NCBI RefSeq assembly: GCF_963921235.1
Contig: NC_086105.1
Span: 44,888,001 to 44,952,000, forward strand
DNA: 64,000 nucleotides
From: Mobula hypostoma
Taxonomy: Eukaryota
Direction of reading: 5' to 3'
The notes under the pieces were generated by a model. It did not search any database. It had not been told where the DNA came from and worked only from the letters and a program-made list of their open reading frames with translations. This document shows positions 39,210-52,467 of the stretch, one piece after another (the first letter of the stretch is position 1; the number at the start of each line of letters is the position of its first letter). The position numbers and the translations under genes were made by a program.

Positions 39210-39845
39210 TGTAATGCCCTGGTTCACATTTTTTACTGTTATGTTGTAGGTATTTCATTTAGCAGCTCTGTAAGAGCTGTTGTTCTGCTATCAGCCTGTT
39301 TGGGTTATTGTTGAAGACAAGGATAATGAGGAATGTGTGTTGTCCAATTAGGATGGCAGAACTGCGGAGAGGTTTTTTTGGTGAGGGACACCGAGGTTGG
39401 CCTTGGGGTTTTGGTTTGGCAGGATATGAAGACGGAAGACGCAAGGGAGAACTGGTCGTAGGATATGACCCGGTGGGAAACCCATTTGTTTGAGATGGAT
39501 GGCGAGCGAAGTTTGGAAGGGATTGTAAGCTTTCAGGCTGACTGAGGGCCCAGTGCATGAGTGACCGAGAAGTTCAAAATGAGCTCCAACTTGTGCACAT
39601 TAAATAGGCCCTTTTTTGTTTTTCTTTACTAACCCTTAAGTTAAGATTCAGAAATATAATTCCTTTAATTGTGTGCAGAGTACTCTCTGCTATTTTGTGG
39701 CACTAATTTGTAACGGGGTAGCAAATTACACAGCATCCGCACAAACCAGGGTTTGGGGTGGGAGGGCCGTCACAATCCCTCGAGTTTGGCGGGACCGGAA
39801 AGTGTCTTCCCGAGACTTACGCAGACAAGGACACCAGGGAGTTTC
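39210..39845 (+). repeat. 5' LTR
   Basis: tgtaatgccctggttcacat...gggagtttc; direct repeat of 45533-46173. Confidence 0.9.
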
Positions 39846-40649
39846 TTTGTAGGGGTATCGCCTGGGATCGATTTTGTTGGATGCTGTGTGATTGCCCGCA
39901 AGCATTGATCCAGTGGGTTGTGTGTTTAAGCCTGTGATAAATTATTGTCTGGTAAAGTGATTACGATACGTGGTAGTGGATGCTGCAGGGGTTGAGCGGT
40001 GGTGCGAATCCACGGGGTTATCCGTAATGAATCTACTTGTATTGAGTGGGGTAGACATTCGTATCCCCGACAAGTTGGTAGTTTGAACTTTAAGTACCGG
40101 TAAAGCAGAAGAAGCAGTTACGATCATGGAACGGAGGTTTGACAAATTGGTGGGCAAAGAATTTGTTTTAGTGCAGACTAGCACTGACGTAACGGCAGTG
40201 GAACTGCCTGGTACTGTTGGGGCCGTGCTCTGTCCATACTTTCCGGGAGGAGGGGAGTGTAAGCGAGCATGCTGAATGGGAAGCTGAGTTCCCTGTAGCT
40301 GGGGGCGGAGACCTCAGAGACAGGTTGCTCCCGTTTCTGCGGTGCGAGGGGAAAGAGTGGTCCGATGTGGAAGGTCTACTGAGTCCTCCAACGAGGAGTG
40401 AGAATTCTGAGTTGGTATCGGCCCTTACCTCCCTGGCGAATAAATAGCAAAGTGAACAGGCGGAGGGTCCTAGCTATCGAAAGCTGAGAATTTTCTCAGG
40501 AGTGAAGCGGAAGAGGAGTATGAGACTGAAGTAAAAAGATCCAGAGAGCTGAGAACATGCTGGCCTGCCTAAGTGGTGCGGAGTGGTTCAGTGTGCTGGA
40601 CTTGAGGAGTGGGTATTATCAGATCCCAATGAATGAGGCTGACAAAGAG

Positions 40650-42367
40650 TATTAATTGCCCAATAATAGAATCTAAAGTTAGGTAATGCGAAACTTCCAT
40701 CTCTCTTAGCTTTCTGTAGATGTATTTTGCCCAATCTCGGGTTTTTATTTTGCCAAATAAATGAAGAAATTTTAGAGTCAACTTTATCAAAAAAGGATTT
40801 GGGAACAAAAATCGGTAGTGCCTGAAATACATATAAAAATTTTGGAAGAATAAACACCTTAACAGCATTAATATGACCAATCAAAGTTAAATAAAATGGA
40901 GACTATTTAAATAAGAGTTGAGTAATGTGATCGATTAAGGGTAGGAAATTAGTCTTAAATAAATCTTTATGTTTACAGGTAATTTTAATCCCAAGATATG
41001 AAAAATGATTATTAACCAATTTAAACGGAAGATTCTGATAAAGGGAACTTGCTTATTAATCGGAAAAAGTTCACTCTTACCGAGATTTAACTTATAACCT
41101 GAAAAAAGACTAAATTGTGCTAATAAATCTAAAGCAGCAGGGATAGATTTTTGAGGATTAGAAATATTTAAAAGTAAATCATCAGCATAGAGTGATACTT
41201 TATGGGACCTTAAACCCCAAGTTATCCCAATAATATTTGGAGATTCTCGAATGGCAATTGCAAGAGGTTCTAATGCAATATCAAATAATAAAGGACTAAG
41301 AGGACAACCTTGTCTGGTACCTCAAAAAAGAGGGAAAAAAGGTGAGCTTAAAGAGTTAGTACAGACTGAGGCCATAGGAGAATGATATAACAATTTGATC
41401 CAGGATATAAATTTCGGGCTGAAATTGAACATTTCAAGCACATTAAATAAGTCAGGCCATTCGACTCTGTTGAAGGCTTTTTCAGCGTCTAAGGAAATGA
41501 CGCACTCAGGATCATTTTGTGAGGGGGTATAAACAATGTTTAACAGTGTGCGAATGTTATAAAAAGAGTAACGACCTTTAATAAAACCCGTTTGGTCTTC
41601 CGAAATAATATAAGGAAGTGCTTTTTCTAATCTGTTTGCTAATAATTTAGAAAAGATTTTAGAATCAACATTTAATAAGGATATTGGTCTATAAGATGCA
41701 CATTGAGCAGGATCTTTATCCTTCTTTAATATTAAAGAGATCAATGCTCTATAGAAGGATTCAAGAAGTTTACCAACTTTTAATGAGGCCTCCAGAACCC
41801 TGAGTAACCAAGGGATTAATGAACATGCAAAACATTTATAAAATTCCACGGTAAACCCATCAGGACCAGTAGCTTTCCCCGGACTCATAGAGAAAATAAC
41901 ATTCTTAATCTCATCAGTAGTAAAGGAAGTGTCAAGCATAGAAGATATATCATGTGAAATCTTAGGGAAATTTAGGTTGTCTAAAAAGTCATATATATAT
42001 TTATAGTCTCGTGGAAACTCTGATTGATATAAGGAGGAATAAAAATCAAAAAAGGATTGATTAATCTCAGCTTGATCAGATATCAGTTGATCATTTTGAT
42101 TATAAATCTGATTAATTTGAAATTTGGAATAGTTAGTCTTCAACTGGTTAGCCAACAGTTTACCAACTTTGTCACTATATATATAAAATTCACTTCTTGT
42201 TTGCATTAATTGATTTGCAATCGAGGACGAAAGTAATAAATTATGTTCCATTTGAAGTTCAGTTCTTTGTTTATACAACTTCTCAGAGGGAGCTGTAGCG
42301 TATATATTATCAATTTCCTTAATCTTGTCTACAATAACCAGCTCCTCATCCTTCAACCTCTTCCTCA
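40650..42367 (-). mobile_element. L1-clade ORF2 internal fragment nested in the Gypsy RT
   Basis: GKATGPDGF, YRPISLLNVDSKI, DQTGFIKGR, SLDAEKAF, GTRQGCPLSP and LYADD; 14-bp TSD aggctgacaaagag (40636-40649 and 42368-42381). Confidence 0.93.
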
Positions 42368-45300
42368 AGGCTGACAAAGAGAAGGCAGCATTCAAATGTC
42401 CACTGGGATTCTTCCAGTTTGAAAGGATGCCCCGGGAAGCCCCTGCGACTTTACAATGTGCTATGGAGAAAACGGTGGGGGATATGAACTTGCTTGAGGT
42501 ATTAGTATATCTGGATGATCTCATAGTGTTCGGGTCCACCTTGAAGGAACGTGAAGTGAGGCTACTGAAGGTGCTGGGCTGCCTGAAACCTGAAGGGTTA
42601 AAACTTTTCCTGGACAGGTGCCAATTCTGCAAGACGTCTGTCAGCTATGTTGGGCATGTAGTCTCATGGCATGGAGTAGCCACGATCCATCTAAGATAGA
42701 AGTGGTGATGACATGACCAAGGTCCCAGACTGTGAGTGCCCTGCGCTTGTTCCCTGGAGTCTGTGGGTACTATCGGAGGTTTGTAAAGGACTACTCTAAG
42801 GTGAGTCACCCTTTAAATCAGCTTCTGTGTGGTTACCCTCCCTTGGGGAAGGAAGGGAGAATGAAAGGAGAATATGGTAAAGATTATCTTAGCCCTTTGG
42901 AACCTTTTGGAGCGAGATGGGATGTGAAATGTGAAGAGGCCTTTCAGTTACTGAAGGAGCTGCTGATGAAAGTGCCTGTGTTGGCTTTTGCAGACTCCTG
43001 ATTGCCGTATGTACTGTATACAGATGCCAGCAGAGAGGGCTTAGGGGTGTTCCATATCATGATCAGGGCACAGGGTTGTGGCCTGTCATGTTTGTCAGCC
43101 AGAGTCTGCCACCCTCTGAGCGAAACTACCCCATGCACAAATTAGAGTTCCTGGCATTGAAATAGGCTCTGGTGGATAAGCTAACGGACTATCTATATGG
43201 TACCAAGTTCAAGGCAAGGACGGATAACAACCCATTAACTTATATCCTGACATCGGCAAAATTGAATCCCACATGCCATTGGTGGTTGGTGGCGTTGTCT
43301 GCCTATGATTTTAGCCTGAAATACTGGCCAGGGAGTCGGAACGTCGATGCCGATGCGTTGTCCTGACGTGCCAATGGAGGCTGGACAGGGAGGGAGACTG
43401 GCAGAGCGTTCCTGCCCCCGGAGTCAAAGCCATGTGCCAGTTTGCCATTACGGGGAAGGCAGAGGAAAGGCAAGGGCAGAATCGAGCAGTAGATCATTTG
43501 GGAGCTTCTGATGGCGCCATTCCACAAGTTTACTGTAACCTGACCGCTCTGAAGACAAAGCAATTGCCAGAATTGAGCCCTGGGGAAGTGGCAGCCACTC
43601 AGTGAGATGACCCATGTGTTGGTACTGTTTGGTCAGCAGTTGCGAAAGGGGACCTGGCCCAAGCAGACGAGATGAAACAGTCTGCAGTGTCTCTACTACT
43701 GAGAGGATGGCCCAGATTGGAGTTGAGGGACCGGATCCTATACCAGGTCACATCATCTCTGGACCGGCCTCGGTATTCCCAGCTGGGTCTGCCTGAGAAA
43801 TATTGGAGGATTGTGTTGAAGTCACTTCATGATGATTCTGGCCATCTGGGGGTTGACAAGACCTATGGATTGCTCAGAGATCGGTTCTACTGGCCCCGAC
43901 TGAAGCCGCAGGTCGAAGAGTACTGCAAGTGATGCATTCGATGTATACAGAAGAAGACGCTGCCTCCAAGGGCTGATCCATTGTCCCACTTGCAGAGTGC
44001 GGGGCCACTTGACCTGGTGTGTATGGATTTCCTGTCAATAGAGCCAGTTGCCAGCAACATGGTGAATGTTTTGGTCATTACAGATCGCTACACCAGATAT
44101 GTGCAAGCCTTCCCTACCAAGGATCAGAGGGTATTCACTATGGCTAAAGTGTTATGGGAGAAGTATTTCATTTATTATGGGCTCCCCAGACAGATATGTA
44201 GTGATCAGGGACGGGATTTCGAGAGTAGGCTCATACACGAGTTACTGAGCATGCTTGGAGTCGAGAAGTTGAGGACTACACCTTATCACCCGCGGGGTGA
44301 TCCTCAGCCTGAGAAGTTCAATCAGACCTTGCTAGACTTGATTTGAACCTTGGAGATCAGCAAAAAGAACAAGTGGAATCAACATATTGGACATCTGATC
44401 TACTGCTACAGTTTTACTCAGAATGAAGCTACTGGGTAATCGCCATATTATCTGATGTTAGAGGTTGAAGCATGGTTGCCCATTGACCTTTGTTTTGGGA
44501 CTGGTGAGGAAGATCTACCGCAGAAGACTTGTGTCTGATACATGTAGTATATGTGTCTGATATGAGAAGGGAGCTGAAAAAGGCTTATGAATTAGCTGAG
44601 GTCTTGGCTACCAAATAGAATCAAGGTAATAAGAGGAAGTATGATCAGAAGTTTAGGTTCTCCCAATTCATGCCTGGAAACCAGGTCCTCATAAGGAATT
44701 TGGGGCTACCTGCGAAGCATAAGTTTATTGACCGCTGGGCAGCTACGCCCTATGTGGTGGAGAGTCAGATGCCAAACATACCAGTTTTCTGGGTGAAACC
44801 AAAGGATGGGAATGGGCCTGTCAAGATTCTCTAGGAACCACCCTCTACCTCTGGGAGAAGAGGTGCAGGTTGACCCAGAGCCCGACCTGGACCCTGCACC
44901 TAGTAAGAGGACTCTGCAGCGATGTGGGGAGACTGAAGGACCAGCAGCAGGAAGGATTAGACCAGCCCTTGCCCCTGAATGGGATTTGGTCTTGGAGGAT
45001 GAGGAAATGGGGGTGTGGTATGTGCTGCCTTTCGCTAACTTCCCACTAATTGAGGAAGAGATTCCCAACGCTTCTCATGCTGGGGAAGGTGAAATAGTGG
45101 GGAGGGGACTAGCAGTAGACAGGCAGGCTTGCAGCTGGATCATGAAGGGGGGCTGGGCTCTAAAGTACTGGGAATGAAACTGAGCTCAGCCACGTGGCAG
45201 AGGGACCTGAGATGTAGGAACGCACGAGCAATAGACAGGGGAGGCCTCGCCATGTAGATCAGAAGTATCCCAAGGAGTGTCTGAAACTGAAGAAGTAGAT

Positions 45301-45532
45301 GATGGGATAAGGAGGTCTCAAAGTGACAGAAGACCTCCAGATAGGCTGGCCTTTGTAGCATCAGGGAAACAGAGTGTTATGACTGTTCCCCTAGTGAGAT
45401 AAGTCACTAACATTAACAAATGGATTGGAGGTTTAGGCATTGTGAAATTCCTTTGAAAACGGTGTTAGTGATGACGGGTTGACAAATTATTTCGAAGTTA
45501 TGAGGACATGACTATCTGTGATGGGGGGAGAG

Positions 45533-46173
45533 TGTAATGCTCTGGTTCACATCTTCACTGTTATGCTGTAGGTATTTCATTTCACGTTCTGTAAGAGCAG
45601 TCTGTTCTGCTTCCAGCCTGTCTGGGTTATTGTTGAAGGTGAGGGATGATGAGGAATGTGTGCCGTCCAGTTAGGATGCCGGAACTGCAGGGAGGTTTTT
45701 TTGGTAAGGGGCACTGAGGTTGGTCTTGGGGTTTTGGTTCGGCGGGAAATGAAGACAGAAGATGCTGGGGAGAACTGAGACTCGGTGGGAGAGTTTGTTC
45801 GAGATGGATTGCGAGCGATATTCGGAAGGTGGTCTGCGCCTTCGCGCAGACCGAGGGCCCAGCGCGTGAGTGACCGAGAAATTCAAAATGAGCTCCAACT
45901 TGTGCACATCTGACTGTTTAATTAAAATGGGCCCTTTTCTTTCTGTTTTTCTTTACTAACCCTTAAGTTAAGATTCATAAATATAACTCCTGTAATTGTG
46001 TGCAGTGTCCTGTCTGTTACTTCACAGCACTAATTTATAACAGGGTAGCAACTTACACAGCACCCACACAAACCGGGGTTTGGGGTTGGTAGAGCCGACT
46101 CAATCTAACGAGTTTGGCAGGACCGGAGAGTGTTTTCCCGAGACTTACGCAGCCAAGGAAACCGGGGATTTCA
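45533..46173 (+). repeat. 3' LTR (terminal segment repeated again to 46250)
   Basis: tgtaatgctctggttcacat...ggggatttca followed by gctg. Confidence 0.9.
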
Positions 46174-46769
46174 GCTGTATTCTCACGGGTTTGGCGGGAC
46201 CGGAGAGGGTCTTCCCGAGACTTACGCAGCCAAGGAAACTGGGGGTTTCAGCTGTAACTTCAAAGGAGTCTAATGGAGTAAAGCGGCAAAGGCAGTGGAA
46301 TGGATAGTCTCAGTCTCAGGGCAGACAAGCGCATGCAAATTGCAGCGGACGAGGCTGGGGGGCAACAGGGATACAATTAAGATAATTAATTGGCATTTTT
46401 TTACATTTCAGGTATATATGTAATAGAGAGCAATTTTGGCAAAGTTCAAGTTCAGGTTTATTATACCTCAATTATATACATGTATACATCTAGATGAAAC
46501 AAAGTTCCTTTGGGACCAATTTTCAAGACACAGTACATACTGAATATCACAAAGGACACATCACATAAAATCAACACAATAAATATTAACAGATAATAAA
46601 AGTATTCTATAGATGTGCAAACTGACAAGAAGTGCATATACGACATATCGTTAAATAAAATGCTACAGGTACTGTCATAAATAATTTTATTGTGTACTGG
46701 GTGGTAACGTGTTTAGAAGAACAGTTGCAAGCATTCTATGTAGTTGATGTATATTTGGTGTCAGTTGTA

Positions 46770-47190
46770 ATTTAGTAGGTAACTCTGTTGTTTCAGACTC
46801 AGAAGATTGAAGTTCAAGTCCAACACTAGAGATCTGAGCACAAAAAAAAATTCCAATGCTTTGCTATCGAAGAAATGCACCATTGTAAAAGGTGCCATCA
46901 TGCAGATAGGTTGTTAAACTGAAACCTTGCTTGCCTTCAGGGTGATTATAGAAATTCCTATTATGAAGTAGGAGATTTCCGTGTTGTGTTTTGGTCAATG
47001 TATATACCTCACACAACATTGAAGAAGATAAACCAGTTATCTGATTGTTACTTGTGGGAGTTTGCTGTATGCAAAATTCGCTGCCAGGTTTCCCAGAATA
47101 GTTGCATTTAACTGTACAACTTTGGATCCAAAACAAATTTGGTTTCTGTGATTTGTATATGGAAGCCACTATAGAAATGCAGGTCTTTTC
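46770..47190 (+). mobile_element. DeuSINE (SacSINE1-like), decayed
   Basis: B-box gttcaagtcc; Deu-like body ggtgccatc..gttaaactga..; cttgtgggagtttgctgtatgcaaaattcgctgcc; tail ctatagaaatgcaggtcttttc. Confidence 0.7.
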
Positions 47191-47819
47191 TCAATTTACA
47201 ATCACAGTAAATAGATAACAGAAAATGAGTTTTAATACTTATAAACCATGTTATAAATAGGCAAGTCTTTCTATTTATTTTCAGTAATGGTGATTTCACA
47301 TGCACAAACCCTCTATTCTAATCCCAATCTCCTGTTTCTTCCCATAATCTTTTTAATATTGCTCTTCTGAGAAGCACTTAAAATAATTTATGGATGTTCA
47401 TCGAAAAATTTATAGCCGAGAATCTAAATTGTAGCTGTTTTGTGCATTGAGATTTTTTTCCAAACTCCCCTTCATATTTTGTACAATTTACTTTAATGAA
47501 ACCATAATACGATCTTATCAATCACCAGAATCACTCTATTATAGTTTATCTGATTTTTGCCACCCAGTATTTAAAGATTTCAACCATATTCTTAAAGCTT
47601 GGTACCTGTCATAATTTCACTAATTTCACTGTTTTATTGCTTCTTTCTCCTATCTATAATTTTTAAATTTTGATAACATTGAATTTCCATTTTTATTCAA
47701 TTTTAGTATCCTTCCAAAAAACAACTCAATAGTTTGATTGCAACTCAACTAAGATATTGCATCAAGTTGACTACCTGGTCAATTCTATTTTGTGCAAAAC
47801 TGCCTTACTTACTTGAACT

Positions 47820-49557
47820 TAGAACATAGAACATAGAACAGTACAGCACAGTACAGGCCCTTCGGCCCACAATGTTGTGCCGACCCTTAAACCCTGCCTC
47901 CCATATAACCCCCACCTTAAATTCCTCCATATACTTGTCTAGTAGTCTCTCATAGTTTGCTAGTGTATCTGCCTCCACCACTGACTCAGGCAGTGCATTC
48001 CACGCACCAATCACTCTCTGAGTAAAAAAACCTTCCTCTAATATCCCCCTTGAACTTCCCAACCCTTAACTTAAAGCCATGTCCTCTTGTATTGAGCAGT
48101 GGTGCCCTGGGGAAGAGGCGCTTGCTATCCACTCTATCTATTCCTCTTATTATCTTGTACACCTCTATCATGTCTCCTCTCATCCTCCTTCTCTCCAAAG
48201 AGTAAAGCCCTAGCTCCCTTAATCTCTAATCATAATGCACACTCTCTGAACCAGGCAGCATCCTGGTAAATCTCCTCTGTACCCTTTCCAATGTTTCCAC
48301 ATCCTTCCACTAGTGAGGTGACCAGAACTGGACACAGTACTCCAAGTGTGCCCTAACCAGAGTTTTATAGAGATGCATCATTACCCAGCAACTCTTAAAC
48401 TCTATCCCTTGACTTATGAAAGCTAACACTCCATAAGCTTTCTTAACTACCCTATTTACCTGTGAGGCAACTTTCAGGGATCTGTGGACATGTACCCCCA
48501 GATCCCTCTGCTCCTCCACACTTCCAAGTATCCTGCCATTTACATTGTACTCTGCCTTGGAGCTTGTCCTTCCAAAGTGTACCACCTCACACTTCTCCGG
48601 GTTGAACTCCATCTGCCACTTCTCAGCCCACTTCTGCATCCTATCAATGTCTCTCTGCAATCTTCAACAATCCTCTACACTATCCACAACACCACCAACC
48701 TTTGTGTCGTCTGCAAACTTGCCAACACACCCTTCTACCCCCACATCCAGGTCGTTAATAAAAATCACGAAAAGTAGAGGTCGCAGAACTGATCCTTGTG
48801 GGACACCACTAGTCACAACCCTCCAATCCGAATGTACTCCCTCTATCACGACCCTCTGCTTTCTGCAGGCAAGCCAATTCTGAATCCACCTGGCCAAACT
48901 TCCCTGGATCCCATGCCTTCTGACTTTCTGAATAAGCCTACTGTGTGGAACCTTGTCAAATGCCTTACTAAAATCCATATAGATCACATCTACTGCACTA
49001 CCCTCATCTATATGCCTGGTCACCTCCTCAAAGAACTCTATCAGGCTTGTTAGACATGATCTGCCCTTCACAAAGCTATGCTGACTGTCCCTGATCAGAC
49101 CATGATTCTCTAAATGCGAACAGATCCTATCTCTAAGAATCTTTTCCAACAGCTTTCCCACCACAGATGTAAGACTCACTGGTCTATAATTACCCGGATT
49201 TTCCCTACTACCATTTTTGAACAAGGGGACAACATTTGCCTCCCTCCAATCCGCCGGTACCATTCCCGTGGACGATGAGGACATAAAGATCCTAGCCAGA
49301 GGCTCAGCAATCTCTTCCCTCACCTCGTGGAGCAGCCTGGGGAATATTCTGTAAGGCCCCGGAGACTTATCTATCCTAATGTATTTTAACAACTCCAACA
49401 CCTCCTCTCCCTTAATATCAACATGCTCCAGAACATCAACCTCACTCATATTGTCCGCACCATCATCAAGTTCCCTCTCATTGGTGAATACCGAAGAGAA
49501 GTATTCATTGAGGACCTCACTCACTTTCACAGCCTCCAGGCACATCTCCCCATCTTT
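47820..49557 (-). mobile_element. CR1 LINE (different subfamily), 5'-truncated RT with a few stops
   Basis: (AGAACAT)n tail; ORFs 48664-49590, 48310-48660 and 47986-48198 with [18 protein letters not shown] and LEYCVQFWSP. Confidence 0.95.
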
Positions 49558-51716
49558 AAAAACTTCATTTTTAATGATGTGCATCTGCAAATGTCACCTC
49601 CCCTGTATTCCTCCTTCAAGAATCTAATTGTTCCATTGATCTTTATTCATTTTATTCCATAAGTTTACACAGAGAAAAAAGCATAATCTGCTACATAATT
49701 GTCACATAAAGTCACTTGGACTCGTCTTATTAAAATATTCCCTTTGTTCAATTTATCCCTTCCCACCTTTACTGCTACTAGTAACAATTGTCCCCTTTTC
49801 CCAGCTCTGATGAATGTGAACTCTTCCTATATCCACACAGGTTAATGACCTACTGTTGTTTCTAACATTTTCTACTTTATTTCTGATTTCCAGCATCTGC
49901 ATTAAAAAAATATTGTCAGTCTGCGTTTAGTCCCTTATAATTTTGAAAATTGGAATTGCATTTTCTACTTTCTGTCTTTAGATACAACTTTCCTTTTAAT
50001 TTTGGGAAGTTATTGAATTACTAGTACTATTTTCTATAGCTATTTTTGGGATCCTTGGACATAAGGAAGACAGACAATAGGTATCTTGCATTTTGAATAA
50101 CTTCAATGTCATTTATCTTTAAATTGTAACCAGCACTAATCATTTACAATTGCTCAGCAATTGGAATAGTTCATTTCTACATGCATCAAGTTTTAACAAC
50201 ATTTAAGCATTGCTGTTAAGTGTCAGAGAAGAGCCAGGTAATGACACCCTCCATCAAGAGAGGCATTGGTATTGACGCTTTCAGTAACGTTGCAGTGACT
50301 TAGTGCTTCACCGTCAACATTCTGGAGTCACTACTACCTAGAAACTCCACGGAACTAGGCACATAAACACCATGGTTAGATATCCTGCTATCATAGACTA
50401 TAAAACACAAGTCAGGATTGTTGTGAACAACAGTCCATTTGCACGGATGAGTACAGCTCCAATAATTACCAAAAAACAAGTCGACATCATGTAGGCCAAA
50501 GCTTCACTCTTAATTGGTGCCCCATCAATGATCCAAGCATTCACCCTGCCACTGTTGCACAGTTGCTTCTTTGCAGTAAATTGCTTACTGTCTCACAGCA
50601 GCCCCCTCCTCCAAACTCAAGATTACTGCCCCCAACAACGAGAGCTGCAGATGCTAGGAACCTCACAGCCTACAGCTTCTCTCCAAGCCCTGATTTGGAA
50701 ATCCATCGCCGTTTCTTCACTGTCTTTGGGTTAAAATCCTGGAACATTTTACATAATGGCACTTGTAGAAGGGTTGCTGTGATCCAGAAGGCGGCTCACC
50801 ATCAATTCCCTAGGGCAATTAGAATAGCTGATAAATGATGGCCTTGCTGTTGATAACCTGGTCTCAAAATTATGAACAAATGACAGGGTTTTGCAATCTC
50901 AATAATTAACCGCTCAGCGAAAACTGAGGCTAAAAACCAACCAGAACCTTTTCTAATATACCCCTTGGCAATGTGTTGTGTGTGTTGAACTAACAATAAC
51001 TGATCCATTAATTGGGTAGTTTTATACCAGATTCTCCGCAATAGAAGTAAAACCTAGTGCAACATAAGGCAGATAAAACTAAGTTCTGACTACATCTAAG
51101 GACTCTGCAATTATTTTAAAATTGGATAAGAGATATGCTAAACTAATACTCAAAATGTACTTAATGAGACACCAAGGGGTTATTTGAATTGAATCTATGA
51201 ACAGTCTGGGAAGATGATTATCAATTAATATTCTGCCATTTAATGACTTCAAAGTTCATCTAAGACTCTGTTATCTCAACAGGCATTTTGAATTTTAGGA
51301 TCTATTCAATAGAAATAGACTTGTTATGATTGATAATTTTAACTGGAGCCAACTGCATTTGCCTCCTGTGCTTCAGAGCCCTTTTCTGTTCAAAGTTAAA
51401 GGAACTCAGTAGTCAAGTATAAAGTTCCTTTATCACAGCGAGTGCACACAGATACCATCCACTGCTATTTTATGATGATAAGCTGCATATAATAGAATAG
51501 ACCACCAAGAAAGTGTGGCCAAACTGTACTAATTGTGAAGCAATGGTATTTTAAACAATTACTTATATTGTTGCAATTGTAAATATAAGTGATATTATCC
51601 CACTGTCAACCTTGAATCTTTTGCTACCTGTTTTAATTAGTTTACAATAATGCAGAAATACAAAAGCCATCTAATAAATTTGCATTGTATGAAAAATATT
51701 GCCTCACTAGTTTGAG

Positions 51717-52467
51717 ATAAGACCATAGGACATAGGAGCAGAATTAGGCCATTTGGCCAATTGAGTCTGCTCCAAAATTTCATCACGGCTGATCCAATTT
51801 TCCCTCTCAGCCCTAATATCCTCCCTTCTTCCTGTAACACTTCATGCCCTGACTAATCAAGAATCTACCACCCTCAGCCTTAAATATGCCCAATGACTTG
51901 GCCTCCACAGCCACCTGTGGCGACAAATACACAGATTCACCACTCTCTAGCTAAAGAAATTCCTCCTCATCTTCATTCTAAAAGGATGCCCCTATATTCT
52001 GAGGCGGAGTCCTCTGGTCTTAGACTCCCCCACCATAGGAAGTATCCTCTCCACATCCACTCTGTCGAGGCCCTTCAACATTTGATAGGTTTCAATGAGA
52101 TCCCCCTTCATTCTTCTGAAATCCAGTGAATACTGACTCAGAGCCATCAAACACTCGTATTATGGCAAGCCTTTCAATCCTGGAATCATTTTCATGAACC
52201 TCCTTTGAACCCTCTCCAATGTCAGCACATCATTTCCTAAATAAGGGGCCCAAAATTGCTCACAATACACCAAGTGAGGCCTCGCTCGTGCTTTATAAAA
52301 CCTTAACATTACATCCTTGCTTTTATATTCTCGTCTTCTCGAAATGAATGCTAACATCGCACTTGTCTTCCTCACCACTGACGCAACCTGCAAATTAACC
52401 TTTAGGGAACCCTGCACAAGGAGTCCCAAGTCCCTTTGCACCTCAGATTTTTTAATTTTCTCTCCAT
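51717..52467 (-). mobile_element. CR1 LINE 3' fragment
   Basis: QRDLGLLVQGSLK..RPHLVYCEQFWAP; 3' end cataggagcagaattaggcc. Confidence 0.88.

Larger units (their letters stand above)
39210..46250 (+). mobile_element. Decayed Gypsy/Ty3 LTR retrotransposon with PNMA-like gag
   Basis: 5' LTR 39210-39845 and 3' LTR 45533-46173; TSD GCTG; degenerate tRNA-Pro-like PBS after the 5' LTR; PPT ggggggagag at 45523-45532; gag SYRKLRIFSG; [16 protein letters not shown] and VYLDDLIVFG; RNase H YTDAS and TDNNPL; integrase HDDSGHLG..RFYWP and SDQGRDFES; many stops and frameshifts. Confidence 0.95.

Noticed and set aside
41322-42699. 436-aa and 124-aa ORFs as novel fusion genes
   Set aside because: Chance read-through across the L1/Gypsy junction at 42367.
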